A DNA stretch of 32,336 nucleotides. It comes from an uncultured Muribaculaceae bacterium (GTDB lineage Bacteria > Bacillota_I > Bacilli_A > RF39 > UBA660). Position 1 is the stretch's first letter. Every line of letters begins with the position of its first letter. The notes under the pieces were generated by a model. That model ran no database searches. It was not told the DNA's origin and saw nothing but the letters and a program-made list of their open reading frames with translations. Shown one piece after another: positions 22,662 to 31,547 of this stretch. Made by a program: the position numbers and the translations under genes. Where the stretch lies: contig CAYXHQ010000002.1 of assembly GCA_964465245.1 (NCBI GenBank), positions 1 through 32,336 on the forward strand, written 5' to 3'.

Positions 22662-24863
22662 TTAGTCAGTTTCTAGTAATGTCCTATATTTATAATATAC
22701 TTTCTTTTGGATGGATATATTTGTATCAGTTTCAAGTTCTGATAAAGGTTTACCCATTTTAGTTTCAAATTCACTAAGTGGCAAATACTCTTCAAGTTTT
22801 AATGAGTCCGCTGATAAATATGATGTTCTCATTCTTTTTAATACTTTTGTTCTTACTTCCCTAGTATCAGTAGAATCTATTTTTTCATCTCCATATTCAC
22901 TCCATGAACCCCATTTAGCAGAAGATGTATCAATTTTACATCCACTTGCAGGAGACGAGGCAGAATACGCTCCATCATTACACATTGTTTTTGTACTTGC
23001 GCTTGTTTTAAACCATTTGAATTTATAAATATCTGCGGAATATAGCGTTTGCATCTTACATGTAGAAGTTTCTGTGTTACCTGGACAACTTCCATTTGTC
23101 CAATTAGACCAATTATATTCCACTTTTGAAGTTTTAGTATAACTAGAAGCACCTAATTTATTTTTTTCTTCTTCGGTTAAATAAGCAGCTTCGTTTATAT
23201 TAGTAGTATATCCTCCATTTGATTTTAAATATCTTGTCTCTATATTTTGATTATAATTAGTACACGATCCTTCCGTACAACTTGTACATTCACTTCCACA
23301 ACTTGTAACAGTTTTTGTGCCTGTGGTAGTTGAATAAGTCTCTTTATACGGATAATTTGAAGGACATGACTCTGAACCACTTATAACATTGGGTGAATAT
23401 ACTTTAGTTGAAGAACCTGAAGTCACAGGTGTACAATTATAACCACTTATAGGTGAAGATAATCCATTTTGTTGATCATAATATTTATATCCATATGTAG
23501 AAGTAGTACCTGATGAAGTATATGAAGCACTGCAATTTGAAATTGTTCCATAGCCACCAATTATAAGATTACAACTACTTCCACTAGACCAACAAGCTGT
23601 ATAGTTTGTTCCGTTATATGAGCATCTTCTTGTACTAGGCGATCCATTTAACATACAGTTTTGAACACTTACTTGATTGCTGCCTCCATATGAACCTCTA
23701 CAAGTTGAATTAGTATAAAGAGTTGGCAACGTACATCCTCTTACAGCACAAGAATATGTAATACCACTAGTTGATTTCCAATTAAAGGAAAGTGAATAAA
23801 CATATGGCCCAGATTCACTAGATTCCGTACAAGAATAAGCAGCGCAATTTAAATATCCAGCATTACTGCAAGCATTTAAGGCATCTGAAGAACTATTATA
23901 GTAACATCCTGATGAACTTTGTGTATTACTTGTGCAATTATATGTTGTTGTTCCACTTTGCAAATAGTAACATCTATATGTAGGAACTGAATAATTACAA
24001 GTATAATTTCTTGAAGCACAACTACCATTAGAAGTAACAGTCCTTGAATATATATATTTAGGTGTTGCTGTTCTATATTGAGTAGATGTTTTTAATTCAT
24101 ATTCACGTCCTGAAGTCTGCGAAGTTATGTCACTCCTATTTACACTTGGACCTATTGTCCTTGCTAAAGTTTTTGTTTCTGTTTCTTTTTCATATCCACT
24201 TGCAGGTCTTGTTTCATAATATGCGCCACCTCCATAATAAGAGGTTCCACCAGTTAACCTATACCATTTAAATGTTCCATCTCTATAACTATATTGAGTT
24301 TTCTCTTCAGTTTCAGTATCAAGAACTTGTACTCCACTAGGCACTACAGGAGATGTCTTCGTATCGCTCTTTTCTACCCAATCAGTCCATTCTGTATATT
24401 TAGCTGCTGCATCACTATAATTATAAAATAAACTTAATTCAACTTGTGTATTACCTTTAGATGTATCAGGGGCTGTTGGAGAATATTCACTCCAAGAAGA
24501 ATACAAATCTGATGATGTACATGCACCACAATTTATATCATGAGAATAATAATATTTTGTTCCACTTTTTCCAACATAAGCATTACCTGTACAACTAGTT
24601 CCTACTTCAGATAAATCTTTAGATGTTAAAACACGCTCATCTATTAAAGTCTGAACAGTTTCACTCTTCATTACTCCATCTTCAATAGGTAATTTATCTT
24701 GAAAATAATCTTGTGCTCTTACTTTTAATATTTCATTTAATCTTTCACATTCGCTGTTTCCTTCCACTATTGGTTTTTCTCCATTGGTACAAGATTTAGT
24801 AAAAAACAAGATTATAAAAGTAAATACTCCTAAAGTTATTAATATTTTTACAGTTTTACTCAT
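22662..24863 (-). CDS. secreted/membrane-anchored Cys-, Ser-, Thr-, Tyr-rich protein of unknown function
   Basis: 733 aa from the ATG at 24861-24863 (7 nt after GGAGG). N-terminal hydrophobic anchor KILITLGVFTFIILFF. 31 Cys, 22 of them within a roughly 250-aa S/T/Y/G/N-rich core. No family recognised. Confidence 0.7.
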   Translation of the reverse strand: MSKTVKILITLGVFTFIILFFTKSCTNGEKPIVEGNSECERLNEILKVRAQDYFQDKLPIEDGVMKSETVQTLIDERVLTSKDLSEVGTSCTGNAYVGKSGTKYYYSHDINCGACTSSDLYSSWSEYSPTAPDTSKGNTQVELSLFYNYSDAAAKYTEWTDWVEKSDTKTSPVVPSGVQVLDTETEEKTQYSYRDGTFKWYRLTGGTSYYGGGAYYETRPASGYEKETETKTLARTIGPSVNRSDITSQTSGREYELKTSTQYRTATPKYIYSRTVTSNGSCASRNYTCNYSVPTYRCYYLQSGTTTYNCTSNTQSSSGCYYNSSSDALNACSNAGYLNCAAYSCTESSESGPYVYSLSFNWKSTSGITYSCAVRGCTLPTLYTNSTCRGSYGGSNQVSVQNCMLNGSPSTRRCSYNGTNYTACWSSGSSCNLIIGGYGTISNCSASYTSSGTTSTYGYKYYDQQNGLSSPISGYNCTPVTSGSSTKVYSPNVISGSESCPSNYPYKETYSTTTGTKTVTSCGSECTSCTEGSCTNYNQNIETRYLKSNGGYTTNINEAAYLTEEEKNKLGASSYTKTSKVEYNWSNWTNGSCPGNTETSTCKMQTLYSADIYKFKWFKTSASTKTMCNDGAYSASSPASGCKIDTSSAKWGSWSEYGDEKIDSTDTREVRTKVLKRMRTSYLSADSLKLEEYLPLSEFETKMGKPLSELETDTNISIQKKVYYKYRTLLETD

Positions 24864-24953
24864 ATGCACGTCCTCCATCTATTTTATATAAACATTATAC
24901 TATATGTATCTTTTATTTTCTATCTATTTTTATTATTTTCTTATAAAAAGAAA

Positions 24954-24977
24954 AAAAGTAAAATTTTTATTACTTTT
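24954..24977 (-). terminator. weak AT-rich terminator hairpin after tyrS
   Basis: On the minus strand: AAAAGTAA-8 nt-TTACTTTT followed by TTTCTTTTT. The stem is all A/T apart from one G-C pair. Confidence 0.35.
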
Positions 24978-26168
24978 CTATATTGTTATTTTAAGAAATT
25001 TGCTTTTACCTTTTCCTATAATTAAAACATTATCTTTAAAATCATTTTCATTTATTATTTTTTTTACATCTCTAATTTTTTCATTATTGATGCTTATTCC
25101 ATTTTGTTCTATCATTCTTCTTGCTTCTGATTTAGACGGAACAAGCGATGTTTCAAATAGTAATTCTATTAATGTAATACTACCTACTTTTTCACTCGCT
25201 AATTTGTATATTTCAGTATTTTCTGGCACTCCACCACTAGCAATAGCTTTGTATCTTTCTTCAGCACCTGCTATAAATTCAGTTCCGTGATACATCTTAA
25301 TTATTTCTTTTGCATATTCTTTGTGTGCATTAATAATATCTGTTTCTATTAAATTTTTAGCATCATCCAAATTTATATCAGTAGTAAGTCTAAAATAATC
25401 TAATAATACATTATCCGGTATTTTCATAGCTTTTTCATACATTACTTCAGCACTTTCATCTATTCCAATGTAATTTCCTAAAGATTTACTCATTTTTTCT
25501 TTTCCATCAGTTCCTACTAAAAGTGGAAAGACTATAACGTCTTGTGGCTCATACCCATAATTTCTTTGAAGTTCTCTTCCAACAAGTAAATTAAATGTTT
25601 GGTCAGTTCCTCCAATTTCAATGTCTGCTTTAAGTGCAACTGAATCATATCCTTGAATTAAAGGATATAGCATTTCATGCATTCCAATAGGTGTTTTATT
25701 ATTAAATCTATTGTTAAAATCATCTCTTTCTAATACTCTTGCTACTGTATATTTACTAGTAAGTTCTATAACATCTTCAAAATTCATTTTACTAAGCCAT
25801 TCAGAGTTATATGCAATTCTTGTTTTTTCGGGGTCTAATATTTTAGTTACTTGTCTAAAATAAGTTTCTCCACTTTTTCTAGTTTCTTCCATAGTAAGAG
25901 ATGGTCTAGTTTTGGATTTACCACTAGGGTCTCCTATCATCGCAGTAAAGTCACCTATAACAAATACTACTTCATGACCTAAATCTTGAAATATTCTAAG
26001 CGCTCTTAAAACTACAGTGTGACCTAGATGTAAGTCAGGTCTTGAAGGGTCCGCTCCTAATTTAATAATTAATTTTTTATCTCCATTTAATTTTTTTAAA
26101 AAAGTATCTTTATTATAAATATCTACTGAACTCCTTACTATTAAATCAATTTTTTCTTCTTTTGTCAT
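24978..26168 (-). CDS. tyrS: tyrosine--tRNA ligase
   Basis: 396 aa with the class I HIGH motif (PDLHLGH), KMSKS (KMSKSLGN) and a C-terminal S4-like domain (SKSEARRMIEQNGISINNEKI). Confidence 0.93.
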   Translation of the reverse strand: MTKEEKIDLIVRSSVDIYNKDTFLKKLNGDKKLIIKLGADPSRPDLHLGHTVVLRALRIFQDLGHEVVFVIGDFTAMIGDPSGKSKTRPSLTMEETRKSGETYFRQVTKILDPEKTRIAYNSEWLSKMNFEDVIELTSKYTVARVLERDDFNNRFNNKTPIGMHEMLYPLIQGYDSVALKADIEIGGTDQTFNLLVGRELQRNYGYEPQDVIVFPLLVGTDGKEKMSKSLGNYIGIDESAEVMYEKAMKIPDNVLLDYFRLTTDINLDDAKNLIETDIINAHKEYAKEIIKMYHGTEFIAGAEERYKAIASGGVPENTEIYKLASEKVGSITLIELLFETSLVPSKSEARRMIEQNGISINNEKIRDVKKIINENDFKDNVLIIGKGKSKFLKITI

Positions 26169-26189
26169 TTTTTCCTCCTATTTTTATAC

Positions 26190-26360
26190 AAAAAAACGCC
26201 CTTATATAAAGGACGATATATACCGTGGTACCACCTTAATTCATAGAAATTCTATGCACTTTCATCTTTAACGGAATTATCCGGTTTTTAGCTCCTAATA
26301 TGTAATTCACATGTTTATATTTGTTTATTTTCACCTACCCATAAACTCTCTAACTTTTAA
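26190..26360 (-). promoter_or_regulatory. T-box riboswitch leader of tyrS
   Basis: The minus strand has an AGAGAG box (26346-26351) and the T-box sequence AAGGTGGTACCACGG (26223-26237). The terminator is CGTCCTT-TATAT-AAGGGCG plus TTTTTTT (26190-26196). The candidate specifier is UAC-A (26302-26304, in GUGAAUUACAUA). Confidence 0.85.
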
Positions 26361-26441
26361 ATATAAAATGCTACTTTTATTAATCAATGCCTAATAACAA
26401 ACTAATTATAATATATTTATTTATTATTTTCTAGTCTTTTC

Positions 26442-27284
26442 TTAAAAAAGTATGCCTATAAGTTCAATAATTATTCCACTAATTAGTCCTATACCATAAG
26501 TTATTAACAGTATTTTTATATTTTCTCTTAAATTTTTATTTGATTTAAAGAGCACTAATATTGCTACTCCACTACCAGTAAGAAGACCACCTATTAGAGA
26601 ACCAAATGAAACTGCTCCATTTAAGTAAAGTTCTGTTATCATTACACTTGCTCCACAATTTGGAATAAGTCCTATTAAACATGTTACAAAAGGTCCAAAA
26701 ACACTTCCTTTCAAGAATAAAGTAGATAAAAATTCTTCACCTGCGTATGCAAATAAAACATTTATTAGAAAAGATATAATAACAATAAATAAAATTGTAT
26801 TTAAAGTGTGCTTTATAGATGAAACAAATATACCTTTTTCACAGTGACAATGTACTTCATCACATATTTCATAATTTACTATTTCTTGTTTCTTTTTTCT
26901 TAATATAAAATCAATTATAAATCCCGAAGTAATACCAATAAATACTTTTATTAATAATATTGAAATAATTAGTTTAGCTTCTACATTTTGTGATATTAGT
27001 ATAGGTAACATTTCATCACTTGTAGATAAATATATAGAGATAAGTGTACCTAAAGATACTATTCTAGTTATATATAAATTTGTTGCCATAACAGAAAAGC
27101 CACATTGAGGTATTACTCCCAATACTGATCCTATTAAAGGTCCAAAATTACCTGAAGCACTTACTATCTTTTTTGCTTTATTACTAAATTTATGTTCAAT
27201 TACTTCAATAAGTAAAAATGCTACAAATAAAAATGGAAGTAATTTTAATGCATCAATTAAAGTGTCTAATATAACATCTATCAT
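26442..27284 (-). CDS. putative metal-ion permease (ArsP_2-like 10-TM family, often annotated 'putative manganese transporter')
   Basis: 280-aa polytopic membrane protein with an internal duplication carrying GVIPQCGFSVMATNLY and GLIPNCGASVMITELY. The central loop is CDEVHCHCEKG. The N-terminus MIDVILDTLIDALKLLPFLF is typical of this family. Confidence 0.65.
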   Translation of the reverse strand: MIDVILDTLIDALKLLPFLFVAFLLIEVIEHKFSNKAKKIVSASGNFGPLIGSVLGVIPQCGFSVMATNLYITRIVSLGTLISIYLSTSDEMLPILISQNVEAKLIISILLIKVFIGITSGFIIDFILRKKKQEIVNYEICDEVHCHCEKGIFVSSIKHTLNTILFIVIISFLINVLFAYAGEEFLSTLFLKGSVFGPFVTCLIGLIPNCGASVMITELYLNGAVSFGSLIGGLLTGSGVAILVLFKSNKNLRENIKILLITYGIGLISGIIIELIGILF

Positions 27285-27346
27285 TTTTTCTCCATTCCTG
27301 CAAATAGATTATATTATGTTAGATTATTATTGTCAACTTTAATTTT

Positions 27347-28165
27347 TTAATTAGATAAATGCTTAGTAACAGTTACTACATCTAATCCACGAGATTTTAT
27401 ATAATTTATTATTACTCCAAATTCATTAACTAAATTTACACTTTCTTTTAATATTATAAAGTCACCTTTTTTAACATCAGATTTTATATTAGACAAGTAT
27501 TCTTTATTAAAGTTTTTATTTACTTTTAAAGTATTAACTTTATTTTTAGTACACAACTCTTTTAAGTTTTCATCATCCGTATATACACAAAATAATTCAC
27601 TTTTAAGAGAATTTTTCAAAGTTTTAATTTCTGTTTCATCATTTCCTTTATATAAAATATCATAATTATTGTTTATAAGTTTATTAATATATTCTGTATT
27701 ATTCTTGTAATAATTATAATCCACTAAAATGCTTACATATGACCTTTTACTTTTACTTATACTTACTAATTTTTCAATATTTTTTCCAGTACTTACATCT
27801 ATTATTAAACTAACAGAATTTTTTGATTCATTACCTCCAATTATATAGTCATCTATATTATTTTGTTTACTAACCACACATGGGGACTCCGTATATTCAA
27901 TTAAAGATGCATCAAATCCAGTTGTAGTCATCACTGAATAACTTAAATTTTCATCTACCACTTTTCCACTTACTCCAAGCACAACACCTGCATCTGTAAT
28001 ATAACCTTCAGTGCATTCTTTGTTATATTTAAGAGCATGTGCATTTATTTCTTTCATAAGTTTATCTTCTTTATTCATAAAAAGTGCAATTTTATTTGTA
28101 TAATAAAAACTAAATGCCATCAATGAAATAACACCAATATATCCAAAAATTTTTTTTATTTTCAT
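27347..28165 (-). CDS. hypothetical membrane-anchored protein
   Basis: 272-aa ORF with an N-terminal anchor (IFGYIGVISLMAFSFYY). The C-terminal ...INYIKSRGLDVVTVTKHL is faintly reminiscent of polysaccharide-deacetylase C-termini, but no NodB catalytic motifs are visible. Confidence 0.5.
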   Translation of the reverse strand: MKIKKIFGYIGVISLMAFSFYYTNKIALFMNKEDKLMKEINAHALKYNKECTEGYITDAGVVLGVSGKVVDENLSYSVMTTTGFDASLIEYTESPCVVSKQNNIDDYIIGGNESKNSVSLIIDVSTGKNIEKLVSISKSKRSYVSILVDYNYYKNNTEYINKLINNNYDILYKGNDETEIKTLKNSLKSELFCVYTDDENLKELCTKNKVNTLKVNKNFNKEYLSNIKSDVKKGDFIILKESVNLVNEFGVIINYIKSRGLDVVTVTKHLSN

Positions 28166-28228
28166 TTTTTCACCTTGATAAATTATATGATTATAATACT
28201 TTTTTATTTCAAAAATAAAAGAGCATTT

Positions 28229-28474
28229 TTATCTGCCCTTTATATTATTTTCTTCTAAATATTCGTTATAACCTTTCATGAAAGATAATTCATTGTTAAG
28301 TCCCATTGATTCTATTTCTTCATAAGGTACACCATCTTCTGCATATTCTCTTCCTTGCGTATACATTTCATGTTCAAACAACATAGATTTTTCTTCAGGT
28401 GTAGCAGAAGCAATAAATTCTAGACCTTCATTAAATTCTTTTTCTTCCATCATTTTTTCTTTTTCGGTTTTCAT
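28229..28474 (-). CDS. hypothetical small acidic protein
   Basis: 81-aa Glu-rich ORF. Its ATG lies 1 nt after the serS stop, and the SD-like AGGAGGAAAA lies inside the serS 3' end. Confidence 0.5.
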   Translation of the reverse strand: MKTEKEKMMEEKEFNEGLEFIASATPEEKSMLFEHEMYTQGREYAEDGVPYEEIESMGLNNELSFMKGYNEYLEENNIKGR

Positions 28475-28475
28475 T

Positions 28476-29759
28476 TTATTTTCCTCCTATTATTTTTTTA
28501 TTTCCCATATAACTTTGTAGTGGTTCAGGGATATTTATAGACCCATCTTCATTTAAATTGTTTTCAACAAATGCAATTAACATTCTAGGTGGGGCTACTA
28601 CCGTGTTATTAAGCGTATGTGGATAATATTTTCCGTTCTCACCAGAAACTCTTATTCCAAGTCTTCTTGACTGAGCATCAGTTAGATTTGAACAACTTCC
28701 TACTTCAAAATATTTCTTTTGTCTAGGACTCCATGCTTCTACATCTATACTCTTTGATTTCAAATCAGCAAGGTCTCCACTACAGCATTCAATAGTTCTA
28801 ACAGGAATATTTAAACTTCTAAATAATTCTACAGTGTAATTCCACATTTTATTAAAATATTCCTTACTTTCTTCAGGTCTACATATTACTACCATTTCTT
28901 GTTTTTCAAATTGATGAATTCTATAAATACCTCTTTCTTCTAATCCATGCGCTCCTTTTTCTTTTCTAAAACATGGACTATAACTTGTAAGAGTTAAAGG
29001 TAAATTATTTTCTTTTATAATAGAGTCTTTATATCTACCTATAATAGAATGTTCAGATGTACCTATTAAATATAAGTCTTCTCCTTCTATTTTGTACATC
29101 ATACTATCCATCTCTTCGAAACTCATTACTCCGCTTACAACGTCTCCATGTATCATGTATGGAGGAATTACATAAGTAAATCCCTTATCTATCATAAAGT
29201 CTCTTGCGTATGAGATAACTGCAGAGTGTAGTCTTGCCACGTCTCCAGTTAAATAATAAAATCCATTACCTGCGACTTTACGTGCTGCGTCTAAATCTAG
29301 TCCACTTAGACTCTCAAGTATATCAGTGTGATATGGTACCTCAAAATTATATTCAGTTTGTTCTCCATATTTTTCTTTTTCTTTGTTTTCTGTATCGTTC
29401 TTTCCAATAGGAACAGTGTCATCTATTATATTTGGTATCCCATACATAATACTTTTTATTTTAGTATCAAGTTCTGTCTCTTTAATTTCAAGTTCACTTA
29501 TTTTATTATTGATTTCGTTAACTTTATTCTTAATTTCATCTGCTTCTTCACGTTTACCTTCTCTCATAAGAAGTCCTATAGAATCACTTAATTTATTTCT
29601 TTCGTTTCTATAATTGTCTGCTTCAGTTTTAATAGCTCTATATTCTATATCTGCGTTATATACTTCATCAACTAAAGGTAACTTTTTATCTTGAAATTTT
29701 TTCTTGATATTATTTATTATTAATTCTTTGTTTTCTCTAATTAATTTTATATCAATCAT
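28476..29759 (-). CDS. serS: serine--tRNA ligase
   Basis: 427 aa with an N-terminal coiled-coil arm (MIDIKLIRENKELI...) and class II motifs (FRKEKGAHG, RIHQFEKQEM, GSCSN...). AAGGAGG lies upstream. Confidence 0.95.
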   Translation of the reverse strand: MIDIKLIRENKELIINNIKKKFQDKKLPLVDEVYNADIEYRAIKTEADNYRNERNKLSDSIGLLMREGKREEADEIKNKVNEINNKISELEIKETELDTKIKSIMYGIPNIIDDTVPIGKNDTENKEKEKYGEQTEYNFEVPYHTDILESLSGLDLDAARKVAGNGFYYLTGDVARLHSAVISYARDFMIDKGFTYVIPPYMIHGDVVSGVMSFEEMDSMMYKIEGEDLYLIGTSEHSIIGRYKDSIIKENNLPLTLTSYSPCFRKEKGAHGLEERGIYRIHQFEKQEMVVICRPEESKEYFNKMWNYTVELFRSLNIPVRTIECCSGDLADLKSKSIDVEAWSPRQKKYFEVGSCSNLTDAQSRRLGIRVSGENGKYYPHTLNNTVVAPPRMLIAFVENNLNEDGSINIPEPLQSYMGNKKIIGGK

Positions 29760-29788
29760 GTATCCTCCTTTTATTATTATATCAGTTT

Positions 29789-31531
29789 TTACTTTTTTAT
29801 ATCAATATGTAATTCTTTTAATTGATACTCATCTACTGTATTTGGACATTCACTCATTAGACAAGATGCTGAAGATGTTTTAGGGAATGCTATTACATCT
29901 CTAATATTGTCAGTTTCAGATAGTAGCATAACTATTCTATCAAGTCCACAAGCATACCCACCATGTGGTGGTGCGCCATATTGGAATGCTTCCATAAAGT
30001 ATCCAAATTTTTCTTTTGCTTTTTCATAAGTAAGACCAAGGGACTCAAACATACGCTCTTGTACTTTTTTATCATGTATTCTAATACTGCCTCCTCCTGC
30101 TTCATAGCCATTTATTACAATGTCATATGCTTTTGAGTAACAGTTTGCTGGGTCAGTTAATAATTTATCAACATCTTCATCTTTTGGAGAAGTAAACGGA
30201 TGATGACAAGCCATAAATCTTCCTTCTTCTTCACTCCACTCAAATGATGGAAAATCTACTACCCAAAGAGCTTTGTATTCTCCTTTGGAATATAAATTTA
30301 ATTCTTTTCCTAAATGAGTTCTAAGTGCTCCTAAACTTGTTTTTACCATATTATAATCACCAAAAATTATTAACACTAAATCATTTAATTCAATATTCAG
30401 CCTGTTTTTAAGTTCATTTATTTCAATTTCACTCATTAATTTAGTAATGCTTCCAGTTACTTCTTCGTTAAATTTTATGTATGCAAGACCCCTTGCTCTA
30501 TAAGTTTTTACAAATTCAGTTAATTTATCTATTTCTTTTCTAGAATACTTATCAGCCGCATTTTTAGCCACTATTGCATTAATAACACCATTAGAATTAA
30601 TTACATTTTTAAACATATCTGCGTCATTATTTTTTAGTATTTCAGTAATATCATTTATTTTCATATCAAATCTTAAATCAGGTTTATCGGTTCCATAATC
30701 ACGAATAGCGTCTTTATATTTCATTTTCATAAGTGGAAGTGGTAAATCATACCCAATAGTATTTTTAAAAATATAATGCATCATATTTTCGCCCATATTC
30801 ATTACGTCACTCTCATCAACAAAACTCATTTCAACATCTATTTGAGTAAACTCTGGTTGTCTATCAGCTCTTAGGTCTTCATCTCTAAAGCACCTAGCGA
30901 TTTGAAAATATCTTTCAACTCCACCTATCATTAAAAGTTGTTTAAATAATTGAGGAGACTGAGGTAATGCATAGAATTTACCTTTATTAACTCTGCTTGG
31001 TACTAGATAATCTCTTGCCCCTTCAGGAGTGGACTTTCCTAATATTGGAGTTTCTACCTCTATGAAATTATTTTCATCAAAGAAATTTCTAACTGCCATC
31101 ATAGTTTTGTGTTTTAATATTAAATTATCTTTAATATTTTCTCTTCTTATATCTAAATATCTGTATTTTAGTCTTGTATCTTCTAAAGCAGTAGTGTCAC
31201 CAGTTATTTCAAATGGAAGATCAATAGATTCGTTAATTACTTCTAAAGATAACACATCTACTTCTATATCACCAGTCTTTATATTTTTATTTTTATTTTC
31301 TCTTTCAACTATTTTTCCACTTGCTTTTATTACATATTCATTTTTCAAGAAAGAAGCGACACTATAATATTCACTTTCTGGTCTTACAACTAATTGAATT
31401 ATCCCAGATCTATCTCTTAAATCAATAAAAACAAGACCACCTAAATTTCTTCTTTTAGCTACCCATCCATATAACTCTACTATTTCACCAACATTTTTAA
31501 TATTAAATTCTGTATTCATACATTTTTTCAT
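29789..31531 (-). CDS. aspS: aspartate--tRNA ligase (bacterial type)
   Basis: 580 aa with an OB-fold N-terminus (VELYGWVAKRRNLGGLVFIDLRDRSG) and class II motifs FQIARCFRDEDLRADRQPEFTQID and GGGSIRIH. GGAGG lies 6 nt upstream of the ATG at 31529-31531. Confidence 0.95.
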   Translation of the reverse strand: MKKCMNTEFNIKNVGEIVELYGWVAKRRNLGGLVFIDLRDRSGIIQLVVRPESEYYSVASFLKNEYVIKASGKIVERENKNKNIKTGDIEVDVLSLEVINESIDLPFEITGDTTALEDTRLKYRYLDIRRENIKDNLILKHKTMMAVRNFFDENNFIEVETPILGKSTPEGARDYLVPSRVNKGKFYALPQSPQLFKQLLMIGGVERYFQIARCFRDEDLRADRQPEFTQIDVEMSFVDESDVMNMGENMMHYIFKNTIGYDLPLPLMKMKYKDAIRDYGTDKPDLRFDMKINDITEILKNNDADMFKNVINSNGVINAIVAKNAADKYSRKEIDKLTEFVKTYRARGLAYIKFNEEVTGSITKLMSEIEINELKNRLNIELNDLVLIIFGDYNMVKTSLGALRTHLGKELNLYSKGEYKALWVVDFPSFEWSEEEGRFMACHHPFTSPKDEDVDKLLTDPANCYSKAYDIVINGYEAGGGSIRIHDKKVQERMFESLGLTYEKAKEKFGYFMEAFQYGAPPHGGYACGLDRIVMLLSETDNIRDVIAFPKTSSASCLMSECPNTVDEYQLKELHIDIKK

Positions 31532-31547
31532 ACTTTTCCTCCTAAAG

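Noticed and set aside
26209-26246. 38-nt exact repeat (second copy at 31568-31605) as a possible mobile-element end, CRISPR repeat or REP element
   Set aside because: Both copies sit in the same position upstream of aaRS genes and contain the T-box consensus AAGGTGGTACC plus terminator arms. They are fully explained as T-box expression platforms.
27347-28165. Polysaccharide deacetylase (NodB) assignment for the 272-aa anchored protein
   Set aside because: Only a vague C-terminal resemblance exists. The catalytic TFDDG and H-x-x-x-H motifs are not visible, so it is left as hypothetical.
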